A DNA stretch of 64,000 nucleotides from NCBI RefSeq assembly GCF_963921235.1, contig NC_086108.1, forward strand, positions 113,896,001-113,960,000, given 5' to 3'. The notes under the pieces were generated by a model that ran no database searches, was not told the DNA's origin, and saw only the letters and a list, made by a program, of their open reading frames with translations. Source of the DNA: Mobula hypostoma (taxonomy: Eukaryota). Both the position numbers and the translations under genes were made by a program. This document shows, one piece after another, positions 1 to 11,079 of this stretch. How positions within the stretch are numbered: the first letter of the stretch is position 1; each line of letters opens with the position of its first letter.

Positions 1-1943
1 AGAGGACCGGAGACTTTTAAGGAGCAACAGAAGATAACGAAAAAGGCAATACGAGTGGAAAAGGTGAGGTACAAAGGTTAGCTAGCCAAGAATATAAAGG
101 AGGATAGTAAAAGGTTCTTTAGGTACGTGAAGAGGAAAAAATTAGTTAAGACCAAAGTTGGACCTTTGAAGACAGAAATGGGTGAAATTATTATGGGGAA
201 CAAGGAAATGGCTGATGAGCTGAAGAGGTACTTTGAATCTGTCTTCACTAGGGAAGACACAAACAATCTCCCAGATGTAATAGTGGCCAGAGGACCTAGG
301 GTAACGGAGGAACTGAAGGAAATTCACATTAGGCAGAAAATGGTGTTGGGTAAACTGATGGGACTGAAGGCTGATAAATCCCCAGGGCCTGATGGTCTGC
401 ATCCCAGGGCACTTAAGGAGGTGGCTCTAGAAATCGTGGACGCATTAGTAATCGTTTTCCAATGTTCTATAGATTCAGGATCAGTTCCTGCGGATTGGAG
501 GGTAGCTATTGTTATCCCACTTTTTAAGAAAGGAGGGAGAGGGAAAACAGGGCAATTATAGACCAGTTAGTCTGACATCAGCGGTGGGGAAGATGCTGGA
601 GTCAATTATAAAAGATGAAATAGCGCCATATTTGGATAGCAGTAGCAGGACAGGTCTGGGTCAGCATGGATTTACGAAGGGGAAATCATGCTTGACTAAT
701 CTTCTGGAATTTTTTGAGGATGTAACTATGAAAATGGACATGGGAGAGCCAGTGGATGTAGTGTACCTGGACTTTCAGCTTTCAGAAAGCCTTTGATAAG
801 GTCCCACATAGGAGATTAGTGGGCAAAATTAGAGCACATTGCATTGGGGGTAGGGTACTGACATGGATAGAAAACTGGTTGGCAGACAGGAAACAAAGAG
901 TAGGGATTCACGGGTCCCTTTCAGAATGGCAGGCAGTGGGGTACCGCAAGGCTCAGTGTTGGGACCGCAGCTATTTACAATGTACATTAATGATTTGGAT
1001 GAAGGGATTAAAAGTAACATTAGCAAATTTGCAGATGACACAAAGCTGGGTGACAGTGTGAAATGTGAGGAGGATAGTATGAGAATGCAGGGTGACTTGG
1101 ACAGGTTGGGTGAGTGGGCAGATGCAGTTTAATGTGGATAAATATGAGGTTATCCACTTTGGTGGCAAGAACAGGAAGGCAGATTACTATCTGAATGGTG
1201 TCAAGTTAAGAAAGGGGGAAGTACAATGAGATCTGGGTGTCCTTGTTCATCAGTCACCGAAAGTAAGCATACAGGTACAGCAGGCAGTGAAGAAAGCTAA
1301 TGGCATGTTGGCCTTCATAACAAGGGGAGTTGAGTATAGGAGCAAAGAGGTCCTTCTGCAGTTGTACAAGGCCCTGGTAAGACCCCACCTGGAGTATCGT
1401 GTGCAGTTTTGGTCTCCAAATTTGAGGAAGGACATTCTTGCTGTGGAGGGAGTGCAGCGTAGGTTCACTGGGTTAATTCCAGGGATGGCGGGAATGTCAT
1501 ATGTTGAAAGATTGGAGAGACTGGGCTTGTATACACTGGAATTTAGAAGGATGAGAGGGGATCTGATTGAAACATGTAAGATTAATAAGGAATTGGACAC
1601 ACTAGAGGCAGGAAACATATTCCCAATGTTGGGGGAGTCCAGAACCAGAGGCCACAGTTTAAGAATAAGGGGTAGAGCATTTAGAACGGAGTTGAGGAAA
1701 AACTTTTTCACACAGAGGGTTGTGGATCTGTGGAATGCTCTGCCTCAGAAGGTAGTGGAGGTCAATTCTCTGGATTCTTTCAAGAAAGAGTTAGATAGAG
1801 CTCTTAAAGATAGCGGAGTCCAGGGATATGGGGAGAAGGCAGGAACAGGGTACTGATTGTGGATGATCAGCCATGATCACAGTGAATGGCGGTGCTGGCT
1901 CGAACAGCCGAATGGCCTACTCCTGCACCTATTGTCTATTGTT
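1..1943 (+). mobile_element. CR1-clade LINE, degenerate ORF2 (RT) plus 3' UTR, 5' part outside window
   Basis: Frameshifted ORF pieces with KSPGPDG, NYRPVSLTS, GVPQGSVLGP, FADDTK, HLEY..QFWSP; CR1-type 3' UTR ending in an ATTGTCT-like repeat. Confidence 0.93.
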
Positions 1944-4400
1944 CTTCAATAGCCTCTCTACTTCCTCCAAACTACCTGCTCCTCCAGCTATCTTTATATC
2001 GTCTGCAAACTTTGCAACAAAGCCATCAATTCCATCAACCAAATTATTGACAAACTATATAATGTAAAAAAAAATCGGTCCCAACACAGACCCCTGTGGA
2101 ACACTAGTCACTGGCAGCCAAGCAGAAAAGGCTCCCTTTATTCCCACTCTTTGCCTCCTGCCAATCAGCCACTGCTTTATCCATGATAGAATTTTTTCTG
2201 TAATACATACTCATAGGCTTCTAGCTTGTTAAGCAGGCTCATGTGTGGCACCTCGAGAAAGGCCTTGTGAAAATCCGAGCACACAACATCAACTGATTCT
2301 TTGTCTATCCTGCTTGTTATTTCTTCAAGGAATTCCAGATGTCAGCCAAGATTTTCCCTTGAGGAAACCATGCTGACTACAACCTATTTTATCATGTGCC
2401 CCCAAGTACCCCGAAGCATAATAATCGACTCCAACATCTTCCCAACCACTGATGTCAGATTAACTGGCCTATAGTTTCCTTTCTTTTATCTCTCTCCCTT
2501 CTTGAAGAGTGGAAAGACATTTGCAATTTTCCAGTCTTCTGAAAATATTCAGAATCTAGTGATTTCAGTAGGATATTTACTAATGCCTCAAAAACCTCTT
2601 CAGCCACCTTTCATAACCCTGGGGTGTACACCAGATGACTTAACCACCTTCAGACATTTCAGTTCTAGGAAGAACCTTCTTCCTAGAAATGGTAATTTCA
2701 CACTCTTTATGACCCCTGACACCTGGAGCTTCCACCAAACTGTTCGTGTCTTCCACAGTGAAGACTGATGCAAAACACTTATTCAGTTTGTCTGCCATGT
2801 CATTGTTCCCCATTACTACCTCTCTAGCATCATTTTCCAGTGTTCCAATATCCGCTCTTGTCCCTCATTGACATTTTGTGTATCTGAAGAAACTCCTGGT
2901 ATCCTCTTTAATATTATTGGCTGGCTTATTTTCATATTCCACCTTTATCTTCTTAATTATTTTTTTAGTTGCCTTCTGTTAGTTTTTAAAAGCTTCCCAA
3001 TCCTCAAACTTCGCACTATTTTTGCTCTATTATATTCTTTGGCTTTGACCTCTCTTATTAGCCATGGTTGCGTCATCTTTCCTTAAGAGTACTTGTTTCT
3101 CTTTGGAATGTATATATCCTGTACCTTTTGAATTGCTTTCAGAAATTCCAGCCATTACTGCTCTGCCGTCATGCCCGCCAATGTTCCCTTCCAAACAATT
3201 CTGACTAACTCTTCTCTCATGTCTCTGTAATTCCCTTTACTCCACTGTAATACTGATTCATCTGACTGTAACTTCTCCTCCTCAAATTTCAGGGTGAATT
3301 CGATCATATCATGATTACTTCCCCTAAGGGTTCTTTTACCTTAAGCCCTCTAATCAATTCTGGTTCATTACACAACACCCGATCCAGAACAGCTGAACCT
3401 CTTGTGTGCTCAACCATGAGCTGCTCCTAAAAGCCATGTCGTAGTCACTCTAGAAATTCCCCCTCTTATAATTCAGCACCAACATGATTTTCTCAATCTA
3501 CCAACATATTGAAATCCCTTACAACTATTGTAATATTGACCTTTTGGCATGTATTTTCTATCTTCCATTACAAATTATAGACCACAACCTTACTACTATT
3601 TGGGGGTCTGTATAAAAGTCCCATCAAGCTCTTTTTACCCTTACAGTTCTTTAGCTCTATCCACAATGATTCAACATCTTCCAACCCTATGTCACTTCTT
3701 TCTAATGATTTGATTTCACTTTTTACCAACAGATTAATGCTGCCTGTTCTGTCTTCCTGCCTGTCCTTTTGATACAATGTGTATCCTTGCACTTTAAGCT
3801 CCCAGATATAATCTTCTTTCAGCCATGATTCAGTGATGCCTACATCATACCTGCCAATCTGCAACTGTGCTGCAAGTTCATCTACCTTATTCTGTATACT
3901 GCGTGCATTCAAATATAACACTTCCAGTCCTGTGTTTACTCTTTTTGATTTTGTCCACCTTTTATTTTGCAACTCGACCAGCTGACTGCAATTTTGCCCT
4001 GTCATCAGCCTCTCCTTACCTACGCATTACCTCTGTTTGTAAACTAGCTACCTCATCCTCAGCACTATCATCTGCCTTTCCTACAATACTTCTTGCATTA
4101 AAATACTAGTCACACCATACTCAACCTTTTGATTCCTAACTTTGTTGGAGGTCTTACATCTGCCTCCACTAATTGTTCTGACACTGGTTTCCATCCCCTG
4201 CAACTTTAGTTTAAAACCCACCATGCAGGATTAACAAACCTTCTTGCGACGATATTTGTCCCCCTCCTGTTCAGGTGCAAACCATCCCTTCTGTACAGGA
4301 CATACCTTCCTTGGAAGAGAGCCAACTGACCCAATTGGCCCTCCCTCCTACATCACATATTAACAGTATAAGCTTTCCAGCTCTGGTGTCACTAGCACAT
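1944..4400 (-). mobile_element. Older CR1 LINE fragment (end of ORF1, APE endonuclease, start of RT)
   Basis: ORF 3568-4005 LYLNARSIQNKVDEL...GITESWL = APE endonuclease N-terminus; degenerate RT towards 1950. Confidence 0.88.
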
Positions 4401-4784
4401 GATTAACTGGATCATCAAATCTGTGGATAACACCAAGATTGAGGAAGACTATCATAGCTTGCAATGAGATCTGGACCAGCTGGAAAAATGGTCTGAAAAA
4501 TGGCAGATTGGATTTAATGTACACAAGTGCAAGATGTTGCTTGGAAGAACCAAACAGGAAAGGTCTTATACAGTGAGTAGTAGGGCAATGAGGAGTGTGT
4601 TAGAGCTGAAGGATTTGGGAACACAGATCCATAATTCCTTTTAAATGGCATCACAGGTAGATAGGGTCATAAAGAAAGCTTTTGTCACATTGGCCTTCAT
4701 GAAACAATGTACTGAGTACAGGAGTTGGGATATTATAATTGAAATTGTACAAGAAATTGATTAGTCCTACTTTGCAGTACTGTC

Positions 4785-5883
4785 AAGCAACACACATCAA
4801 AGTTGCTGAACGCAGCAGGCCAGGCAGCATCTCTAGGAAGAGGTACAGTCGACGTTTCAGGCCGAGACCCTTCGTCAGGACTAACTGAAGCAAGAGCTAG
4901 TAAGAGATCTGAAAGTGGGAGGGGGAGGGGGAGATCCAAAATGATAGAAGACAGAAGGGGGAGGGATGGAGCCAAGAGCTGGACAGGTGATTGGCAAAAG
5001 GGATATGAGAGGATCATGGGACAGGAGGCCCAGGGAGAAAGACAAGGGGGGGGGAACCCAGAGGATGGGCAAGGGGTATAGTCAGAGGGACAGAGGGAGA
5101 AAAAGGAGAGTGAGAGAAAGAATGTGTGTATAAAAATAAATAACGGATGGGGTACGAGGGGGAGGTGGGGCATTAGCGGAAGTTTGAGAAGTCGATGTTC
5201 ATGCCATCAGGTTGGAGGCTACCCAGACGGAGTATAAGGTGTTGTTCCTCCAACCTCAGTGTGGCTTCATCTTTACGGTAGAGGGGGCTATGGATAGACA
5301 TAAAATGTGTGGCCACTGAGGGATCCTGCTTTCTCTGGCGGACAGAGCGTAGGTGTTCAGCAAAGCGGTCTCCCAGTCTGCATCAGGTCTCGCCAATATA
5401 TATAGAAGGCCACATCGGGAGCACCGGACGCAGTATATCACCCCAGCCGACTCACAGGTGAAGTGTCGCCTCACCTGGAAGGACTGTCTGGGGCCCTGAA
5501 TGGTGGTAAGAGATGAAGTGTAAGGGCATGTGTAGCACTTGTTCCGCTTACAAGGATAAGTGCCAGGAGGGAGATCAGTGGGGAGGGATGGGGGGGGACG
5601 AGTGGACAAGGGAGTCACGTAGGGAGCGATCCCAGCGGAAAGCCGGGGTGGGGGGAGGGTAAGATGTGCTTAGTGGTGGGATCCTGTTGGAGGTGGCAGA
5701 AGTTACGGAGAATTATATGTTGGATCCGGAGGCTGGTGGGGTGGTAGGTGAGGACCAGGGGAACCCTATTCCTAGTGGGGTGGCGGGAGGATGGAGTGAG
5801 AGCAGATGTGCATGAAATGGGGGAGATGCGTTTGAGAGCAGAGTTGATAGTGGAGGAAGGGAAGCCCCTTTCTTTAAAAAAGG
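4785..5883 (-). mobile_element. Penelope-like element (Neptune-type): RT thumb, Cys-rich linker, GIY-YIG endonuclease, pseudo-LTR
   Basis: ORF pieces SFFKERGFPSSTI..RVPLVLTYHP, GTYPCKRNKCYTCPY, HFTCESAGVIYCVRCSRCGLLY (GIY-YIG); pLTR with hammerhead motif at 4847-4882. Confidence 0.9.
4847..4882 (-). ncRNA. Minimal type I hammerhead ribozyme motif, core intact
   Basis: Minus strand AGTC-CTGACGA-AGGGTCTCGGCCT-GAAACGTC-GACT: helix I AGTC/GACT, CUGANGA, helix II, GAAA, palindromic ACGT helix III, GUC cleavage triplet. Confidence 0.82.
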
Positions 5884-6610
5884 ACTTAAGGGTGAAAGAT
5901 GAAATGTTTAAGGAGAACCTGAGGAGGAACCTCTCCAATCAGAAGGTATTGAGTGTGCGGAATGAGCTGTGGATTCCGGGATTGATTACACCATTTCGGA
6001 GAAACGGATAGGTACATGGATGGGAGGGGTATGGAAGGGTATGGTCCCAGTGCATGTAGATGTGACTAAGCAGATTAATGGTTTGGCACAAACTAAGTGG
6101 GCTGAAGGGTTCTGTGACTCTATGATTCTCTCTCAATCTCAGCGAATAATCTACGCACTGATGTTTATTATAACCCCAATGACTCATACATCTACTGTGA
6201 CTGCACCTTTTCCCACCCTCCCACCAAATTTCCTCTGAGGATAAAATCCCTTTCACCATGTCCAAGACATTTCAGAAGAAGAGTTTTTTTCACTCCAGGT
6301 AATCTCAAATGTACCTCTGTCTAGGGAAATGCAGCTTCCCACTTATTGTGGTTGACAGAGCCTTCTTCTGCACTCTTACCACCCCAAATCAATCCCAACA
6401 CCTATCATCCTCCCAACCAAACATCCACCAAAAAGAACCCCAACACCCTCACCCAAACCAACACCCACACAACCTCCACCCCTAAACAATACCCACGTTA
6501 AAACCTTCACCCAAATCAACTCCCACACCTACCGCCCCTACCTAACCCAAACTCACATCTACCATTGCACTCCAACCCAACCCATTCCCACGCCCAGTTC
6601 GCCACCACAC

Positions 6611-6863
6611 CTCTGCCCACTGCCTTGTTACTGCTGCCGCTGCCGCTCGGGGTGAAGCCGCTCGCCGTTCGCAGGCCGCCGGCCGCCCCCGAGCCCGAGG
6701 CAAAGGCTGACTCCGGCCGCCCACTCGACGAGCTGCCACCCTCGCCCGCCACCGCGTTCCGCGGGGTCTCCAGGAGCCCGAAGGCGTATCTGGGCAGCGG
6801 GGCGGACCGAGCACTGAGCATGGGGGCGCCACCACCACCTCCCGCCGTCGGCTCGGCCGCCAT
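6611..6863 (-). CDS. MSH4: MutS homolog 4 (meiotic), coding exon 1
   Basis: ATG in good Kozak context (gcgccgATGG) in a CpG island; peptide PRYAFGLLETP resembles human MSH4 N-terminal PRYNFGLQETP (from memory); downstream of RABGGTB on the same strand as in human; best donor GAG|gtgtgg (phase 1), exact 3' boundary uncertain. Confidence 0.78.
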
Positions 6864-7070
6864 CGGCGCTGAGGGAAAAAAGGCGGGAAAACGCGAGAAA
6901 AGGCGAGAAGATGACGGCGAGGCTCATCTGCGCAGGCGCAGTCGCTCCCGCTGACGGGCTGGAGCATGCGCTCTGTGTGAGCGCTCCTGTTCCCCATCCC
7001 CACGGGCAGGCTTTCTCCTGGGTTTCCGATCACCCAGATAACGGGAGAATCGGCGTCATTGGCGTAGGTC
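6864..7070 (-). promoter_or_regulatory. CpG-island 5' UTR/promoter of MSH4 with E2F-type (GGCGGGAAA 6882-6890) and NRF1-type (TGCGCAGGCGCA 6929-6940) motifs
   Basis: Only strongly CpG-rich unique segment in the window; motifs read directly. Confidence 0.65.
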
Positions 7071-7465
7071 GTGAAATATGTTGTTTAGCGGCAGAACATT
7101 ACTTTGTGAAGGTGAAAATAAAGGGAAGGAGGAGTGTCATCAGTGGGAGGCAATATGCAGGTGAAAAGAGGTGAGGTCAGAGTGGGGAATTGAAAAAGAG
7201 GAAGGGGAGGGGGGGAATTACCATAAATTGGAGAGATCTACGTTTATGCCATTATATTGCAGGCAACTTAGACGGAATATGAGGTGCTGCTGCTCCAGAC
7301 TCATAGCAGAAGAAATGGTGATGCCAGGCGTGTGGCAACCACGCTGGCTGTGATCACGAAAAACTGCAGAGTTGTTTACAGTTCAGCCCGTCCTGGAACC
7401 CACCCTCCCCTCCATGGACTGTGTGCACTTCTTCCTGCCTCACTAAACCTGCCAACGTAATCAAA

Positions 7466-7818
7466 CCATAAAATATTAGATCATAGCAGCCGAGTTTGGG
7501 TCATTTAGCCCATCAAATCTGCTCCACCATTCCAACATAGCTGATTTACTATCCCTCTCAACTCTATTCTCCTGCCTTCTCCCTGACACCCTGGTTTATC
7601 AAGAACTCATCAACCTCCACCGTAAATATACCCAATGACAGCCTCCAATGCCATCTGTGACAATGAATAACACAGATTCACCGCTCTCTGGCTAAAGAAA
7701 TTCCTCCTTATCTCCATTCTAAATGGGCATTGCTGTATTCTGAGGCTGTGCCCTCTGGTGCTAGACTCCCCCACCATAGGAAACATTCTCTCCACATCCA
7801 CTCTATCGAAGCCCTTTA
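7466..7818 (-). mobile_element. CR1 3' end fragment
   Basis: ORF 7610-7801 ERMFPMVGESSTRGHSLRI..FFSQR; CR1 3' UTR. Confidence 0.8.
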
Positions 7819-7955
7819 ACTGCTATTGAACTTCCATGTAATACCTCAATGCATTAGTGTAATTAAATTATCTGTATGGTTGGCATGCAGAACAGAATGT
7901 TTTCACTGTGCCTTGGTGCGTGTTACAATAAAAGTGACCCTGAAGTACTAAGGAG

Positions 7956-8815
7956 GAACATAGAATAGTACAGCACAGTACAGGCCCTTTGGCCCACAAT
8001 GTTGTGCCGACCCTCAAACCCTGCCTCCCATATAACCCCCAACTTAAATCACTCCATATACCTAAATTTCACTAGTGTATCTGCCTCCACCACTGACTCA
8101 GGCAGTGCATTCCACTCACCAACCACTCTCTGAGTAAAAAACCTTCCTCTAATATCCCCCTTGAACTTCCCACCCCTTACCTTAATGCCATGTCCTCTTG
8201 TATTGAACAGTGGTGCCCTGGGGAAGAAGCACTGGCTATCCACTCTATCTATTCCTCTTATTATCTTGTACACCTCTATCATGTCTCCTCTCATCCTCCT
8301 TCTCTCCAAAGAGTAAAGCCCTAGCTCCCTTAATCTCTGATCATAATCCATACTCTCTAAACCAGGCAGCATCCTGGTGAATCACCTCTGTACCCCTTCC
8401 ACATCCTTCCTATAGTGAGGCGACCAGAACTGGACACAGTACTCCAAGTGTGGCCTAACCAGAGTTTTTTAGAGCCGCACCGTTACCTTGCGTCTCTTAA
8501 ACTCTATCCCTCGACTTATGAAAGTTAACACCCCATATGCTTTCTTAACTACCCTATCTACCTGTGAGGCAACTTTCTGGGATCTGTGGACATGTACCCC
8601 TAGATCCCTCTACTCCTCCACACTACCAAGTATCCTGCCATTTACTTTGTACTCTGCCTTGCAGTTTGTCCTTCCAAAGTGTACCACCTCACACTTCTCG
8701 GGGTTGAACTTCATCTGCCACTTCTCAGCCCACTTCTGCATCCTCTCAATGGCGCTCTGCAATCTTTGACAATCCTCTACACCTTCTACAACACCACCAA
8801 CCTTTGTGTCTACAA
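7956..8815 (-). mobile_element. 5'-truncated CR1 (same young subfamily as 20166 and 58969 copies)
   Basis: DTKVGG..KWQMKFNPEKCEV, LERRRMRGDMIEVYKIIRG; near-identical 3' UTR to the other copies. Confidence 0.9.
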
Positions 8816-9284
8816 ACATATTAATAGGTTTGAAATGCATTATGGCGGAGACTCCTCAAGTCCATCCTTGGACCTTAGAGGAAACTGGGAAAGAAATTGT
8901 GAAGAAACTTGCAGATACATTTACTTCATTATTAGCAATTGGCGAAGTTCCAGAAGACTGGAGGTATATCATTATTTAAGAAAGGTAACTAAGGTACATC
9001 TCTACTAAATAAGGTGTAAGGCGCTCCTTTGAACTGCTAGCGTGGTGTTCACCCTTGGGCAAGGTATAGCCCCCCAACTAGACTCACATGAAGCCATGGA
9101 AGCAGGAGGTGGATAGTTGTATGAGCATCTGGTGCATATCACAAGTCCTGGTTATGATTCCAGCATTTCCTGTTTAGTTATTTTAGCTAAGGCTGACTGA
9201 CTTCCTCTCCACAAGGGGAATTCCTAAGTGGATAATTACTTCAAAAGAAACTAATACACAAGCTGGGAGAGCTTGGTGATTGGT

Positions 9285-9675
9285 ATTTTATTTATTTTTA
9301 AATTTATTTAGAGATACAGCATGATGACAGGCCCTTCCAGGTTTATGAGCCACGCCACCCTATTACACCCATGCGACCAATTAACCTACTGACCCTGCCA
9401 AAGGGTTTCGGCCTGAAACATCAACTGTTCTCTTTTCCACAGATGACTGAACTGCTGAGTTCTTCCAGCATTTTGTGTGTGTTGCTTGGATTTCCAGCAT
9501 CTGCAGATTTTCTCTCATTTATGATTGGATAATACTAACCCATATGTCTTCGAAATGTTGGAGGGAACGGGAGCATGCAGAGAAAACGCACGCAGTCATG
9601 GGGAAAATGTACAAATTCCTGACATACAACAGAGGGAATTGAGCCCAGGCCACTGGCACTGTAAAGTGTTACACT
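9285..9675 (-). mobile_element. V-SINE-like element interrupted by a short Penelope pLTR fragment (about 9396-9532)
   Basis: Degenerate V-domain on the minus strand; TACT(G/A)ACCC repeated either side of the PLE piece. Confidence 0.6.
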
Positions 9676-9772
9676 ACCAAACTGCTCAGTGTGATTCTGA
9701 GGCCTGTCCTGGGGTTGGATGCCTGTCTGTGTCTGCACGGGTGGTTGGGAGGGAGAAAAGGGGGCTTGTTTT

Positions 9773-10045
9773 TACTATTTTATTTAGAGATGCAGTGTGG
9801 AACAGGCCCTTCTGCCCCAAAGAGCAGCACCACCCAGTAACCCACTGACTTAACCTTCACCTGCACACGGGTCAACTTACAATGACCGGAAAACCAAATA
9901 ACTGATAAGTCTTTGGACTGTAGAAGGAAACTGGAGCAGGCGGAGGAAACCCGCGTGGTCACAGAGAGAACGTGCAAACTCCTTACGGACAATGGCAGGA
10001 ATTGAACCTGGGTCACTGGCGCTGGAATAGCTATTGTGCCACCCA
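9773..10045 (-). mobile_element. V-SINE (HE1-like tRNA-derived SINE)
   Basis: Minus strand B-box-like GGTTCAATTCC then V-domain GGAGTTTGCACGTTCTC...GCGGGTTTCCTCCG..TGCTCCAGTTTCC..CAGTCCAAAGAC. Confidence 0.75.
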
Positions 10046-10255
10046 GTTTTTGGTCATATTTCACTCATTTATGTGAGGGTTCATATTAGACACAAGCCCC
10101 CATAACAGCTCATTTTGCACAGCAAAAGAGTGAAATCCAATTTCTAACTATCTGTGTCAATTACAGAAACTATGCCCTTCGCATCACCAGTACATGCCAA
10201 TGAACAAGCACTCATCTACATCATCATTTTCTTTATTCTTTCCACATTTGGTAGA

Positions 10256-11000
10256 CCTGGTGGTGGTAGACCTGAGGAGAGCTAAGGTACCAGTGACCCC
10301 AGTTTCCATCCAGGGGGTCAATGTGGACATGGTGGAGGATTACAAATACCTGGGGATACGAATTGACAATAAACTGGACTGGTCAAAGAACACTGAGGCT
10401 GTCTACAAGAAGGGTCAGAGCCGTCTCTATTTCCTGAGGAGACTGAGGTCCTTTAACATCTGCTGGACGATGCTGAGGATGTTCTACGAGTCTGTGGTGG
10501 CCAGTGCGATCATGTTTGCTGTTGTGTGCTGGGGCAGCAGGCTGAGGGTAGCAGACACCAACAGAATCAACAAACTCATTCATAAGGCCAGTGATGTTGT
10601 GGGGATGGAACTGGACTCTCTGACTGCGGTGTCTGAAAAGAGGATGCTGTCCAAGTTGCATGCCATCTTGGACAATGTCTCCCATCCACTACATAATGTA
10701 CTGATTGGGCACAGGAGTACATTCAGCCAGAGACTCATTCCACCGAGATGCAACACAGAGCATCATAGGAAGTCATTCCTGCCTGTGGCCATCAAACTTT
10801 ACAACTCCTCCCTTGGAGGGTCAGACACCCTGAGCCAATAGGCTGGTCCCGGATTTATTTCATAATTTACTGGCATAATTTACATATTACTATTTAACTA
10901 TTTATGGTTCTATTACTATTTATTATTTATGGTGCAACTGTAACAAAAACCAATTTCCCTTGGGATCAATAAAGTATGACTATGACTATGACTATGACTA
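10256..11000 (+). mobile_element. Rex1/Babar-clade LINE, 5'-truncated, young
   Basis: Open frame YKYLGIRIDNKLDWSKNT..KKGQSRLYFLRRLRSF; AATAAA followed by (ATGACT)n tail. Confidence 0.85.
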
Positions 11001-11079
11001 TTTCCTTAAGCTCCTCCCAGATTTCACCACCCAACTACACAGTTGAGATAGTCAGAGTGGCCAATCAACCTGCCAACCT

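Larger units (their letters stand above)
4405..6125 (+). mobile_element. Degenerate CR1 3' fragment split by a Penelope-like insertion (pieces about 4405-4784 and 5884-6125)
   Basis: CR1 RT-thumb-like sequence on both sides of the PLE; CR1-like tail near 6120. Confidence 0.7.

Noticed and set aside
4733..5173. Pro/Ser/Leu-rich ORFs ending SPDEGSRPETSTV (recurring elsewhere)
   Set aside because: Translation of the Penelope 3' UTR and hammerhead, not protein coding
1..6600. Further MSH4 exons
   Set aside because: Region is accounted for by repeats and no MutS-like peptide was found; exon 2 probably lies outside the window
6516..7174. Overlapping ORFs on both strands (6565+, 6542-, 6628-, 6911+)
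   Set aside because: Stop-poor GC-rich CpG island; only the 6863 minus-strand frame has a recognisable motif and Kozak context
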